Positions 29,736 through 40,149 are shown, counted from the stretch's first letter. The stretch is 64,000 bases of DNA from an uncultured delta proteobacterium (GCA_963696385.1 CAVOKF010000008.1:736001-800000); one strand, 5' to 3'. Numbers and translations: made by a program. The notes: generated by a model not told the origin, from the sequence alone.

Positions 29736-30377
29736 TCATGAAAACGAATCGGCGTACACTCCCCAAATGCGGCTGTGCACTTCATCGAGACTCCCGGTCG
29801 CGTCGATGACGACGACGCGGTCGTTCGGCATGTGCGAGGGTAGGTTCCGATAGAAGAGCGCCAGCGCGCGCTGCACTTCGCTCTGGTCGTACAGCTGCGC
29901 GGCGTCGCCGCGGCTGGCGCGGCGCTCCGCGGCGATTTCGGGCGAGACGTCGAGCACAATCGTCAGGTCCGGCCTTCTCACGTGCCGGTTCAGCAATCGA
30001 ATCCATTCGACCGCTTCGACGGCACCGGCGCCGCTCGATACGCTCTGGTAGGCGAGGCTCGAAGCATCGTACCAATCGGAGACGATGACGCCGCCTTCGA
30101 GGATGAACGGTTCGATCTCGCTTTCGACGTGGTCCATCCGGTCGGCGGCGAACAGCAAGGCCATGGTTGCCCAACCCGGCGCGCGACCGCCCGGAACGAC
30201 CAGGCGTCCGGTGAGCACTTGGCGGACGAGCGTTCCGACCGGGCCGTCGCTCGGCTCGCGCGTCGCCCGCACGGCAACCCCCCGGGTCCGAAGGCGATCC
30301 GCCAGGCGTGCGACATGCGTCGTCGTCCCCGCGCCGTCGATCCCTTCGAGCACTACGAGCCGTCCTCCGTTGGCCAT
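29736..30377 (-). CDS. tmk: Thymidylate kinase
   Basis: LEGIDGAG, TREP, LLFAADR, SSLAYQ, PDLTIVLDV. Confidence 0.92.
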   Translation of the reverse strand: MANGGRLVVLEGIDGAGTTTHVARLADRLRTRGVAVRATREPSDGPVGTLVRQVLTGRLVVPGGRAPGWATMALLFAADRMDHVESEIEPFILEGGVIVSDWYDASSLAYQSVSSGAGAVEAVEWIRLLNRHVRRPDLTIVLDVSPEIAAERRASRGDAAQLYDQSEVQRALALFYRNLPSHMPNDRVVVIDATGSLDEVHSRIWGVYADSFS

Positions 30378-30390
30378 TGGAAGCGCCACC

Positions 30391-31320
30391 CTAGCTCGTT
30401 TTTTCCGTGTTCGTCCGGCGGAGCTCGCCCCCCGCGCCGGCGCGCTGGGGAAGGGGTGCAGGATCCTCGCCCAGGACCACGTTGTCGATGAGGCGCGTCG
30501 TACCAATCCAGCATGCCACGGCGAGAAGCGCGCGTTGCGGCACCTCGCCTTCAATCGGGGCGAGGGTCTCCGGATCCCGGGCCTCGACGTAATCGACCGA
30601 GGGGGTAGCGAGGTCGATGGGACCGCGGGCGATGCGTTCGAGTTGCCTCGCCCGCCGCTCGCCACGACCGAATGCCCGGACCGCGTCGTCCAGACCCTGG
30701 ACCAGTCCGAGCGCAGCTCGGCGCTCGGAGTCCGACAGATAGGCGTTGCGCGAGCTCATCGCGAGCCCGTCGTGCTCTCGGACGATCGGGTAGCCGACCA
30801 CCTCGACGGGAAGCAGAAGATCCCGTGCCACGCGGCGAACGATACGCCATTGCTGGTAGTCCTTGCGGCCGAACACCGCGTGGCACGATCCGACGACCGA
30901 GAACAGCTTGGCCACCACCGTGGCCACGCCCTCGAAATGTCCGGGGCGAAACCGGCCGCAGAGCGGATCGGCCAGCGCGCCCACGCGCACGCGGGTCTCA
31001 TCGCCGACCGGATACAACTCGGCGACCGCCGGCGCGAACACCAGATCCACCCCCGCGGCCTCGAGCAGCCCCACGTCGGCGTCGAGGTTCCGGGGGTAGC
31101 GGGCAAAGTCTTCGTTGGGGCCGAACTGGATCGGGTTGACGAAGATCGAAACAGCGACGAACGCCGCCCGGCGCCGGGCTTCCTCGACGAGCGCGAGATG
31201 GCCCGCGTGGATTGCTCCCATCGTCGGCACGAAGCCGACGAGACCGCCTCGCGTTCGGGCCTGATCGCACGAGGCGCGCACTTCGGAGGCAGAGCCGAGG
31301 ACCGCCAAATTTCGCAACAC
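30391..31320 (-). CDS. panC: Pantoate--beta-alanine ligase
   Basis: [49 protein letters not shown]. Confidence 0.97.
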   Translation of the reverse strand: MLRNLAVLGSASEVRASCDQARTRGGLVGFVPTMGAIHAGHLALVEEARRRAAFVAVSIFVNPIQFGPNEDFARYPRNLDADVGLLEAAGVDLVFAPAVAELYPVGDETRVRVGALADPLCGRFRPGHFEGVATVVAKLFSVVGSCHAVFGRKDYQQWRIVRRVARDLLLPVEVVGYPIVREHDGLAMSSRNAYLSDSERRAALGLVQGLDDAVRAFGRGERRARQLERIARGPIDLATPSVDYVEARDPETLAPIEGEVPQRALLAVACWIGTTRLIDNVVLGEDPAPLPQRAGAGGELRRTNTEKTS

Positions 31321-31467
31321 CGTCCCAGTTTATCGCGGATCGGGTCGCCGACGCGGCCGATGCGGTTCACGTCGAGGGCGAAGGGCAAGCCGAAACTCCG
31401 CCCCGAGCGCTACCCTTGTGCGCCCGGCGCAGTCGTGTTTTTGGTAAACGACACCGTGTCGGTGGTC

Positions 31468-32448
31468 ATGCCCTCCGCGCGCCTCGGTCGTCGGGCGCTC
31501 CGCGCGTCGCTGTCGGGCGCCATGATCGCGCTCTGTTCGGCCGCGCAGGCGAGCGACGCGCCGTCCGCTGCCGAGCTCAATTCGGCCCGAGAGCTTTTCA
31601 CGGATGCCGAACGCGACGAGGACGCAGGTCGTTGGCAGGAGGCGCTCGATAAGTTGCGGCGGGTGGCTCGCGTCAAACAGACGGCCGGGGTCCGATATCA
31701 CGTTGCGCTGTGCGAAGAACGTCTCGGCTCCCTGGCCGACGCATGGCAAGACTACCGGAGCGCCCAGGCCCAGGCGACCCGTGAAGGCGCGAAGGACGTT
31801 CTGCGCCTCGTCGGGCCCGTGCTCGACACGTTGGGTCCTCGCGTCCCGCACCTGGCCATTCACATCGTGCCCGACTCCGCCGACGCGACCGTGAGTGTGG
31901 ATGGTTCGCCCGTCGCGCAGAGCTCGCTCGGCGACCCGACGCCCATCAATCCGGGGCTGCACCGCATCGAGGCGAGTGCAGCCGGTCGAACGACCGTCCG
32001 CACGACGGTCTCGCTGCGCGAGGGGGAGTCGACCGTGTTCGACGTGGCTCTGGTGGAAGTCGTCCCGCCCGTCGCCACCGTCCCGGCCGTCCCCATCCGC
32101 GCCCCACCCGCCGATCGGCCCGCGTGGGGCGGCGCTGGAGCCGGCGCCACGACGGTCGTCTCCGTGGGCTTGGCCGCTTTCGGGGTCGTCGCGTTCGTGG
32201 TCGCCGGCACGGACCGCAGTGAGGCGATTCGCCAATGCCGCACCCTGGCGAGCCCCAACCCCGACGCGTGCGACGGGCTGAAGAACGATGTGCGCGCCTG
32301 GGACTGGACGGCGGCCGCAGCGTGGGGCGCCGCGGGAGTCACCGGGATTGCCGCGGCCGTGCTGTGGAGCCGGCCGTCCCTTCGCACGGCATCCTGGGGT
32401 CGGCTCGTCGTCGGCCCGACGTCCATCGGCGTCGCGGGGAGCTTCTGA
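31468..32448 (+). CDS. Exported TPR + PEGA-domain protein
   Basis: Signal peptide, TPR-like helices, PEGA (VSVDG..PGLHRIEASAAG), two hydrophobic helices, C-terminus GVAGSF. Confidence 0.85.
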   Translation: MPSARLGRRALRASLSGAMIALCSAAQASDAPSAAELNSARELFTDAERDEDAGRWQEALDKLRRVARVKQTAGVRYHVALCEERLGSLADAWQDYRSAQAQATREGAKDVLRLVGPVLDTLGPRVPHLAIHIVPDSADATVSVDGSPVAQSSLGDPTPINPGLHRIEASAAGRTTVRTTVSLREGESTVFDVALVEVVPPVATVPAVPIRAPPADRPAWGGAGAGATTVVSVGLAAFGVVAFVVAGTDRSEAIRQCRTLASPNPDACDGLKNDVRAWDWTAAAAWGAAGVTGIAAAVLWSRPSLRTASWGRLVVGPTSIGVAGSF

Positions 32449-32449
32449 C

Positions 32450-33592
32450 ATGCGGGCGCTCGAGGCCTGTCGGTGTGCTCTGGTGGGGGTCGCCAGCTTT
32501 CCACTGGTCGCGTGCGTCGATCTATTCCATTCCACCGACGACATCCTCACGGCATGCCAGATCGACGCCACGACGCCCGGCTGCACCCCGGCGAGCGACG
32601 GCTCGTCGCCGGGAATCGACGCCGCGGACGCGCGGCTGCCCGCAGACTTCTGCGATTGGACTCCCGCACAGGCCCAAGCCGCGGCGCGGCGCACTTGCGC
32701 ATGGCTGGGCGCGTGCGAATCGCCGATGGGCGGCAACGCCTTCGGAGCTTGCATGATTCAAGCTCTTCTGGCGTTCGACTGTGCCGCGAATCCGAACCAC
32801 CCCGTGCTGGGGGTCGCGCGCGAAGGTTGGGCGTGCCTCGTCGCCGCAACGAGCTGTCAGGATGTCAGCCAGTGCATCTTCCCGGCCGGTCCACCCGCGT
32901 GCGCGAACGCCGGCGACGTGACGGCTTGCTCTACCGCGTTGGTGGGCGGGGCCGCCGACTCCGTACGCTACGAGTGCGGCGGGGAAGCGGGTGGAGCGGT
33001 TTGGGGCGAGAGCTGCACGTTGTGGGGCGAGACCTGCGTCCCGCAGGGTACGGCCGCCACGTGCGGGGGTGGAACCGGATGCGACGCGGGAGTGCTTGCG
33101 AGCTGCGACCAGGATCTCACCCTCGTGCACTGGTGCGGCACCGACGGTGAAGACCTCGGGCTCGACTGCGCCGGCAGCGGCGCCGGGCATTGCGGCGGTT
33201 TCCCAACCTCCGACGCCAGCTGGACGGCATGCGTGCCGCTGGCCGCGGCCGATGCGTCAACCAGCTGCGATGCGACCCTGAGCGTCACGTGCATGAACGG
33301 CACGGCGCTATCGTGCCCGACAGGGGTCCCCGAAAGGGTCGATTGCTCGGCCTTGCTGGGTGGCTGGGTCGACGCCTGCAGCCCGGGCACTCTGAACCCC
33401 CCGTTCGATTGGACGAGCCCTTGCGGCCTGCCGGAGCCCTGTCCCGCCGACACGTGCGACGGCTCCGTTCTCACCGGGTGCAGTCGGGGAGCGACATTCA
33501 GCGTCGACTGCGCCGTCGAGGACCTGAAGCCATGTCGCCTGGTGGCCACGGACGCAGGCTCCGAGCCGCACGCCGCCTGTTCGCCTCCCTGA
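32450..33592 (+). CDS. Cys-rich lipoprotein
   Basis: Lipobox LVAC; very Cys-rich throughout; starts 1 bp after the PEGA gene. Confidence 0.85.
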   Translation: MRALEACRCALVGVASFPLVACVDLFHSTDDILTACQIDATTPGCTPASDGSSPGIDAADARLPADFCDWTPAQAQAAARRTCAWLGACESPMGGNAFGACMIQALLAFDCAANPNHPVLGVAREGWACLVAATSCQDVSQCIFPAGPPACANAGDVTACSTALVGGAADSVRYECGGEAGGAVWGESCTLWGETCVPQGTAATCGGGTGCDAGVLASCDQDLTLVHWCGTDGEDLGLDCAGSGAGHCGGFPTSDASWTACVPLAAADASTSCDATLSVTCMNGTALSCPTGVPERVDCSALLGGWVDACSPGTLNPPFDWTSPCGLPEPCPADTCDGSVLTGCSRGATFSVDCAVEDLKPCRLVATDAGSEPHAACSPP

Positions 33593-33635
33593 CGTTTGTC
33601 CGGATTGAGTCGAGCCATCTATCCTCTACGCGCCC

Positions 33636-34424
33636 ATGCCCGACGATCGCCGCAGTGCCCGACGCGCCCGGGTCTCGGGAGTCCGGGTGACCGTCGAGAA
33701 CGCGACGGGGGCGCGACTGGAGGCGCAGGTCTTCGATGTGAGCCGCGGCGGGCTCTTCGTGCGGACCGACGGGCGCGTGGCGATCGGCAAGCGTCTTTCC
33801 CTGGAGATCCAGGTCGCCGGCCAGCCCTCGGCATGGCCGGCGCTGGGTCGCGTCGTATGGGTCCGACCGTCGGCGGAGGGACCCGATCGGCCGGCCGGCC
33901 TGGGGGTTACGCTCATTGACGTCGACGACGCCGTCTCCCAAGCGATCGATCGGCTGGTCGAGGCCTCCGAACGCGGCGACGGGGCATCGGGCAGCCGGTC
34001 GGCGGGACTCGCTCGGACGATTTTCGGAATGGGCGCGCTGCCGGCGACCCACGTGCCCGTGAGACCGACCGTCTCGATTGTCGCAAGCGACGTCGCGGGC
34101 GGACCCCCACCTGAAGAGCCATCGACGGCGCAAGCGACGATCGTCCAGAGCGCGGCTTGGGCGGCGGAGACGGCCGAGGCCAGTCTGACGATCGACCTCG
34201 TCGCGCGGAGGACCGATCCGTTGCCGGTGTCCGAGCGCAAGGAGTACGATCGGGCGCCGGTCGACGACGAGCCCATCGTGATCCCGAAGCGCCATGGCGG
34301 CGCGATCGTGGTCGGGCTGCTGCTGGTCAGCGTCGTGGCGGCGGCTGGGTACGCTTTTCGCGACTGGCTGCCGGTCGCCTGGACGACGTCGACGTCGATC
34401 GTCCATCGACTCCTGATTCACTGA
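33636..34424 (+). CDS. PilZ-domain protein with C-terminal TM helix
   Basis: RRSARR and DVSRGG c-di-GMP motifs, GRVVWVR..GLGV. Confidence 0.88.
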   Translation: MPDDRRSARRARVSGVRVTVENATGARLEAQVFDVSRGGLFVRTDGRVAIGKRLSLEIQVAGQPSAWPALGRVVWVRPSAEGPDRPAGLGVTLIDVDDAVSQAIDRLVEASERGDGASGSRSAGLARTIFGMGALPATHVPVRPTVSIVASDVAGGPPPEEPSTAQATIVQSAAWAAETAEASLTIDLVARRTDPLPVSERKEYDRAPVDDEPIVIPKRHGGAIVVGLLLVSVVAAAGYAFRDWLPVAWTTSTSIVHRLLIH

Positions 34425-34492
34425 AGACGCTGCCCTCCGACGGCATGCGTGGCCGCGGAAGCGGGATCGGCGTCCCCACCGGCACGCACACC

Positions 34493-34520
34493 TTGACCTC
34501 CGTTATAGCGGACATAGGAT
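34493..34520 (+). promoter_or_regulatory. Putative sigma70-type promoter with a palindromic operator in the spacer
   Basis: TTGACC-16 bp-TAGGAT; spacer holds TCCGTTATAGCGGA (12/14 palindromic); GAGGAG RBS before the peroxiredoxin ATG. Confidence 0.5.
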
Positions 34521-34570
34521 CCCGTCACCCGGAACTCGACGGCGACCGGAGCCCAACGAGGAGAAACGCG

Positions 34571-35209
34571 ATGGCCATTCAGCTCGGCGACATAGCCCCC
34601 GATTTCACCCAAGACTCGACCGAAGGACCGATTCACTTCCACGAGTGGCTCGGCAAATCTTGGGGCATTCTCTTCTCGCACCCGAAAGACTTCACTCCCG
34701 TGTGCACCACCGAACTCGGCGCCGTCGCCAAGCTGAAGCCCGAGTTCGACAAGCGCAACGTCAAGGTCATTGCAGTGAGTGTCGACGACGTCCCCTCTCA
34801 TCGCAAGTGGACCGCCGACATCGAAGAAACTCAACGCACCAAACTGAATTACCCGATCTTGGGCGACCCCGACCGCACGGTGGCTTCGCTTTTCGGGATG
34901 ATTCACCCCAAGGCGAGCGACACGCTGACGGTACGCTCCGTGTTCGTCATTGACCCGAACAAGAAGGTCCGGCTCACGCTCACCTACCCGGCCAGCACGG
35001 GGCGCAACTTCGACGAGATCTTGCGCGTCATCGATTCACTTCAGCTGACCGACTCGCACGCCGTGGCGACACCCGCCAACTGGAAGAACGGCGACGACGT
35101 GATCATCGTCCCTTCGCTCCAAGATCCCGAAGTCATCAAGCAGCGGTTTCCGAAAGGCTACACGGCCGTTCGACCGTACTTGCGGGTCACGCCGCAGCCG
35201 AACAAATAG
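34571..35209 (+). CDS. 1-Cys peroxiredoxin (Prx6 family)
   Basis: FSHPKDFTPVCTTE, YPASTGRNFDE, ATPANW. Confidence 0.96.
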   Translation: MAIQLGDIAPDFTQDSTEGPIHFHEWLGKSWGILFSHPKDFTPVCTTELGAVAKLKPEFDKRNVKVIAVSVDDVPSHRKWTADIEETQRTKLNYPILGDPDRTVASLFGMIHPKASDTLTVRSVFVIDPNKKVRLTLTYPASTGRNFDEILRVIDSLQLTDSHAVATPANWKNGDDVIIVPSLQDPEVIKQRFPKGYTAVRPYLRVTPQPNK

Positions 35210-35230
35210 CCCGCCCGGTCGGGATCCCGA

Positions 35231-35506
35231 TCACCGAGCGACGCCCGGCGAAGCGGGTCGCAACGGCTGGTCGGCCGGACCGGTGGCCGCGGGCGGGATC
35301 GGAGCGACCGCCGTCGCCGATGGCGGGGTCGTGGCAGAAGCCGGGGGCGCCGCGACCCGCGGCGCCGTCGGGGTCTCCGCGGCGTGCAGGTCGCCCATGT
35401 AGGTGTCGCGCTCCGAGTTGCTCGAATAGGAGTCTTGGCAGCCGAGAGACACTCCAGCCGAAAAGGCGACGGCAGTCAGAACGAAAACGGGAAGGCCTCG
35501 CTGCAT
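35231..35506 (-). CDS. Small lipoprotein
   Basis: Signal peptide ending in SLGC; Pro/Ala-rich tail. Confidence 0.65.
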   Translation of the reverse strand: MQRGLPVFVLTAVAFSAGVSLGCQDSYSSNSERDTYMGDLHAAETPTAPRVAAPPASATTPPSATAVAPIPPAATGPADQPLRPASPGVAR

Positions 35507-35665
35507 GGCCTGGCCTTTTACAGCCCCGTCGGCAAAGAAGCGAGGGGGGTATTGCGTCTTCGGGCAGGGCCTGCTCCCGGGTCGGGTCGCCGGCTTTCGG
35601 CCGAGGTTCTACTCTCGGCGGGGGATTGCGAGTCGCGACGCCGCATTCTCCGCATCGGGAGCGAA

Positions 35666-36841
35666 TTGAAGACCATCCTGCACGTGGACATGGACGCATT
35701 CTTTGCCTCCGTGGAACAGCGCGACGACGCGGCCCTGAGAGGCCAGCCGGTGATTGTCGGCGGTCGTTCGCGCCGCGGTGTCGTCCTTGCCGCGTCGTAC
35801 GAAGTTCGCCCGTTCGGCGTTCGGTCGGCGATGCCCATGGCCGAAGCCCTGCGACGCGCACCCCACGCCATCGTCGTGCCGCCGCACCGCGACCGCTACG
35901 AAGCGGTGAGCGCCGCCGCGTTCGGCATCTTTAGACGGTACACGCCGCTGGTCGAACCTCTGTCGCTCGACGAGGCGTTCCTCGACGTGACGGCGAGCCG
36001 CGCGCTCTTCGGCGACGGCGAGTCGATCGCGCGCGCGATCCAACACGACATCCGCCTCGAACTCGGTCTGACCGCGTCCGCCGGCGTGGCGCCTTGCAAG
36101 TTCGCCGCGAAGATCGCGAGCGATCTGCGAAAGCCCGACGGGCTCGTGGTGGTGCCACCCGACGGCGTCGCGGCCTTTCTCGACCCGCTGCCGGTCGAGC
36201 TCATGTGGGGTCTCGGACCGAAGACGGCGCCCCGCATCCGCGCCATGGGCTACCGCACGCTCGGAGACCTGGCGCGAGCCGAACCCCACGCACTCGAAAC
36301 GTTGTTCGGTCGGCGCGGACAGACCGTCGCCCGGATGGCGCGGGGAGACGACCGTCGAAACGTGGAGGCAGGCGACCCAGGACGAACCATCGGCGCCGAA
36401 GAGACCTACGATCAGGACCTCGTCGGCTTCGAGGCCATCGGCCGCACGCTGCTGGCGCACGCGAGTCGCGTGGCGCGGCGGCTGACGAACGCGAACGCCA
36501 GTGCCCGCACGGTGGCGATCAAGATCAAGTACTCGGACTTCGACGTGCGCACGCGCGCCATGACGCTGGCGGAACCGGTGCGGGATACCGACACCCTGTA
36601 CGCCGCCGCAATCGAGCTTTTGGCACGCATACCGCTCCAAGGGCGCCGCGTGCGGCTGACGGGTGTGAGCGTCCGAGCCATCGCGTGGGGACCTCCACCG
36701 CCTACGCTGCTGCCCGATCCGCAGGCGCAGCGACGACAACGGATCGAAGAGGTCGCCGCCCAGATCGTCGACCGGTACCGCGATGATCGAGCGGTGACTC
36801 GGGCGACGTTGCTCGGAAGGATCCCTCGAAGCCCACCGTAG
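35666..36841 (+). CDS. dinB: DNA polymerase IV
   Basis: ILHVDMDAFFASVE, ASYEVR, SLDEAFLD, AKIASDLRKPDG; TTG start inferred. Confidence 0.95.
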   Translation: MKTILHVDMDAFFASVEQRDDAALRGQPVIVGGRSRRGVVLAASYEVRPFGVRSAMPMAEALRRAPHAIVVPPHRDRYEAVSAAAFGIFRRYTPLVEPLSLDEAFLDVTASRALFGDGESIARAIQHDIRLELGLTASAGVAPCKFAAKIASDLRKPDGLVVVPPDGVAAFLDPLPVELMWGLGPKTAPRIRAMGYRTLGDLARAEPHALETLFGRRGQTVARMARGDDRRNVEAGDPGRTIGAEETYDQDLVGFEAIGRTLLAHASRVARRLTNANASARTVAIKIKYSDFDVRTRAMTLAEPVRDTDTLYAAAIELLARIPLQGRRVRLTGVSVRAIAWGPPPPTLLPDPQAQRRQRIEEVAAQIVDRYRDDRAVTRATLLGRIPRSPP

Positions 36842-36962
36842 GCAACGATGTGTGCGGGCCCATCGGGTTGGCTTGCCGGCGGGTGCACTACGCCGCACGC
36901 TTTCGTTGGATTCTCGGCCGTTGGCTGGTGCCCCGTTGCCTTGCGCGATACGATGCAATTCA

Positions 36963-37523
36963 ATGCGCGGCGTTCGACACTCGCGAGGCTTCACGCTGAT
37001 CGAGGCGCTCATCGTCGTCGTCATCATCGGCATTCTCGCGGCGCTCGCCGTCGTCGCGTACCAACGCTGGGTTCGGACCGCTCGCCTGGGCGAGGCGCAG
37101 GACTTGGTCGCCCACATTCGAAGCGCGCAAGAATCGTATCGCTCCGAGAACGGCAACTACTTGAACGTTTCGAATGGTCTCGGTTCGCAGTACCTGTATC
37201 CGGCGGCCCCGCCCGGTGCGTTCAAAACTCAATGGGGGGGACCGTGCAGCGTGTGCGTGAACCCCAACGCGTGGTCGTGGCTCGCCGTCTCGCCGGCGAA
37301 CCCCGTCTGGTACGGGTACGCCGTGGTCGCAGGCCCGAGCACCGCGCCGCCTTCCGGTCTGACCGTCACCGTCAACGGCACTGCGGTGAGCTTGAGCACG
37401 ATGTCGGGACAGCCCTGGTACATCGTCCAGGCGATGGGAGACACGAACGGCGACTCCGTTTTCACCACCGTTTACGGTTTCTCGAACACCAATCAGATCA
37501 TGGTCGACAAGGAAGGCGAATGA
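36963..37523 (+). CDS. Type IV pilin-like protein
   Basis: Prepilin cleavage site RG/FTLIE followed by a hydrophobic helix; C-terminal GDTNGD. Confidence 0.92.
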   Translation: MRGVRHSRGFTLIEALIVVVIIGILAALAVVAYQRWVRTARLGEAQDLVAHIRSAQESYRSENGNYLNVSNGLGSQYLYPAAPPGAFKTQWGGPCSVCVNPNAWSWLAVSPANPVWYGYAVVAGPSTAPPSGLTVTVNGTAVSLSTMSGQPWYIVQAMGDTNGDSVFTTVYGFSNTNQIMVDKEGE

Positions 37524-39191
37524 TCAGCGCCCCTCGTCTCGCGCGTCGCGGCCGAGGGAGTGCTCGAGACGGATGCGCGCGATTCGAGCGTCGGTCTTCG
37601 CGTTGAGCAAATCCAGGCGGGCTCGGGTGAGATCCGTCTCCGCATCGGTCAGCGTCGTCGACGTGCCACGGCCGTTGTTGAAGAGCTCTCGCTGCACGCG
37701 GTACGCCTCGGCGGCGCTCGTGAGTTCCCGAGTGCTCGACTCGATCGAGAAATCGGCCTGGTGCACGTTCTGCCAGGCCTGAGTGACCTCGACCTCGATG
37801 CCGTCGCGCGTGTTGTTCTTGTTGGCATCGGTCGCCGCGGCGCGCGCCTCGGCCTCGGTCGTCGATCCGTTCGCGGTCAGAACGTCGTTGGGCGACCAAG
37901 TGATTTGAGCGCCGACGTCCCAGGTCGGAAACCAAACCTTGGTCAGCGGGAAGTACCGCTGGTTAGGGCTCGCGTAGATCCCGTCGGCGAACGCGCTGAG
38001 GTTCGGATAGCGCCCGGCCGCGGCGGCTGCGGCTTGTTCGCGGGCCGATGCCGCATTGGCATCCGCGCTCTTCACTTCAGGCCGCCCGCCAAGCGCCTCG
38101 GCAATCAGCTGACTGAGCTGTCCTTGTACCGGACGTACGGTGGTCTCCAGGTCTTCGCCGGGCAACAGGGCGACGTCCGGGCCCGCGTGGATGGCGACGC
38201 GCAATTGTTTCTCCGACAGGTCCGCCAAGTTTTTCGCTTGCTCGAGCGTGAGCTCGGCCGATGCGAGTGCCGTTTCGGCGCGCAGCACGTCCGCCTTCGA
38301 CGCATTGCCCACCTCGAACTGATTTCGCGCGTCTCGCACGTGGGTCTTCTGGTCGTTGAGCGCTTGAACCGCCACGATGACCGCTCCCCTGGCCCGCAGC
38401 CAGGTGTAGTAGGCGACCCGTCCGTTTGCCGACGCCGTCGCGCGCGCGGCGATGAGATCCCATCGAGCCGCGTCCTCGGAGCGCGTTGCGGCCGTGTAGT
38501 TCTGATCGATCCTCAAGAAGTAGTCGCTGATGGGAATGCTGATCGAGGCTTGCAAGAGCCAGTTGTTCAGGACCAGCGGAAAGGCGAGCCCTTGCGTGAT
38601 GGGAATGCAGGGAATGGCCGCCGAACAGGCAGCCGGCAGGGCGGCTCCGGGCGCGATGGGCGGAACGTTCTCGGCCACCACGAGCGCCGATCCCGGAGGA
38701 CCGAACGGGATCGTAGGCGGCGTGAAGTTGCTCAACCGCGAGTATTTGCCGAGCACCGACAGGCGAGGCAAAAACGAGGCCCAGGCCTCGTCGACGCGAG
38801 CGGCGGCGCCCCGCAGATCTTGTTCAGTCGCCTTGGCGGACCAACTGGTCGCTGCTGCGCGCACGCCCGCTTGATCGGCGGTGATCCCGCCCGGATGCGC
38901 CTGAACGAGGTCCGTCGGAACCGGCAACGGGGCCGTCTCCTCGGCCACCGCCGTGCCCGAATTCGGAGAGGCCCAATCGGTCGGCCACGCGCCATTGGGG
39001 GCCGGACCCGGATTGGGGGCTGGGGCCGGCGCAACCGCCAAATCGGGCGGCGGGGCCCCACTGCCCCGAACCGCGGGCTCCAAGGCCACGGGCTTCTCGG
39101 CCGGAGCGGCAGACTGCGCTCCGGCCACCGTTCCGAACGTTGACACGGCCACGAGGACCATGACCCCGCCGACTCCCACAGCTATCCGCAT
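37524..39191 (-). CDS. TolC-family outer membrane efflux protein
   Basis: Signal peptide, two OEP repeats (FLPRLS..; YPNLSAF..; FEVGNASKADVLRAE; FNNGRGT). Confidence 0.9.
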   Translation of the reverse strand: MRIAVGVGGVMVLVAVSTFGTVAGAQSAAPAEKPVALEPAVRGSGAPPPDLAVAPAPAPNPGPAPNGAWPTDWASPNSGTAVAEETAPLPVPTDLVQAHPGGITADQAGVRAAATSWSAKATEQDLRGAAARVDEAWASFLPRLSVLGKYSRLSNFTPPTIPFGPPGSALVVAENVPPIAPGAALPAACSAAIPCIPITQGLAFPLVLNNWLLQASISIPISDYFLRIDQNYTAATRSEDAARWDLIAARATASANGRVAYYTWLRARGAVIVAVQALNDQKTHVRDARNQFEVGNASKADVLRAETALASAELTLEQAKNLADLSEKQLRVAIHAGPDVALLPGEDLETTVRPVQGQLSQLIAEALGGRPEVKSADANAASAREQAAAAAAGRYPNLSAFADGIYASPNQRYFPLTKVWFPTWDVGAQITWSPNDVLTANGSTTEAEARAAATDANKNNTRDGIEVEVTQAWQNVHQADFSIESSTRELTSAAEAYRVQRELFNNGRGTSTTLTDAETDLTRARLDLLNAKTDARIARIRLEHSLGRDARDEGR

Positions 39192-39319
39192 CGACCTTGG
39201 TCCTTTCGAAACGTCTCGCAGGCTGCTCGTGCGGCGGCAGCCTAATGCAATCGGCGCCCGGTCCGGCGTCGAAAGACGACCGCACACGGGCGCCGCACGG
39301 GATCCGTTATGCTCCGGGC

Positions 39320-40090
39320 GTGCAGCACCAGGACGCCGATGCCGTGTGGGCCCGCATCGCGGCGCTCGCTTGCGCAGCACCGGGCGGCGTAGTCGCCACC
39401 GATGGGGACGGGACACTGTGGAGCGGCGACGTCGGGGAAGACCTGTTCCACGCATTTCTCAGGCATGGGCACGCGGAGCCCCCCGCGCTCGAAGCACTCC
39501 GGCAGACCGCGCGCCAGCACGCCCTGTCCGATGCAGGCGGGGGTTCGGACATCGCGCGCAGAATTTACGGAGCGTATTTGGACGGCGGTTTTCCCGAAGA
39601 GCGGATCTGCGAGATCATGACCTGGTGTTTCGCGGGTTGGAGCCGCTCCGCCGTACGCGCCTTCGCACGCGACGTGGTCGGGCGATCCCAAATCGTCGCG
39701 CGGCTCCATCCGGAGCTCGTGCGCGTCCTCGATCGCGTGCGCGCGGCGGGGCTCGACATTCAGCTCGTCAGCGCTTCGCCGTTCGCGGTGGTCGCGGAGG
39801 CCGGGTCGTTGGTGGGGTTCGACGAGGACCACGTCGTGGCGGCGCACGCTCTCTACGAGGACGGCGTCATGTTGCCGGGCGTCGACCGCCCGATTCCCTA
39901 CGCCATGGGTAAAGTCACCCGGCTTCGTGAGCGCATCCCCGCCGGCGCGAGCCTGTACGCCGCTTTCGGCGACAACGCCTTCGACGTCGCCATGCTCGCG
40001 ACGGCGCACGTGGCCGTAGCCGTCCGTCCAAAGGACCGACTTCGCCAGCGCGCCGCCGAGGTGCCGGGAATGGTCGAACTTGCGCGCTAA
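39320..40090 (+). CDS. HAD-superfamily phosphatase (SerB/HAD-IB-like)
   Basis: DGDGTLW, VSAS, GK, GDNAFDVAML; GTG start inferred. Confidence 0.88.
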   Translation: MQHQDADAVWARIAALACAAPGGVVATDGDGTLWSGDVGEDLFHAFLRHGHAEPPALEALRQTARQHALSDAGGGSDIARRIYGAYLDGGFPEERICEIMTWCFAGWSRSAVRAFARDVVGRSQIVARLHPELVRVLDRVRAAGLDIQLVSASPFAVVAEAGSLVGFDEDHVVAAHALYEDGVMLPGVDRPIPYAMGKVTRLRERIPAGASLYAAFGDNAFDVAMLATAHVAVAVRPKDRLRQRAAEVPGMVELAR

Positions 40091-40149
40091 ACCCAAAGCG
40101 AGTCCAAAAAAACGAAATGTCGAGCCGCGGCCATGGCGGCTCTTGCCGT

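Noticed and set aside
30085..31467. N-terminal extension of ORF 30085..32448
   Set aside because: Antisense to tmk and panC; the signal peptide starts near 31468
35507..35665. LexA box upstream of dinB
   Set aside because: No recognisable SOS-box motif
36963..39191. Pilin + TolC as a secretion system
   Set aside because: The genes are convergent, and no ATPase, adaptor or other pilus genes are nearby
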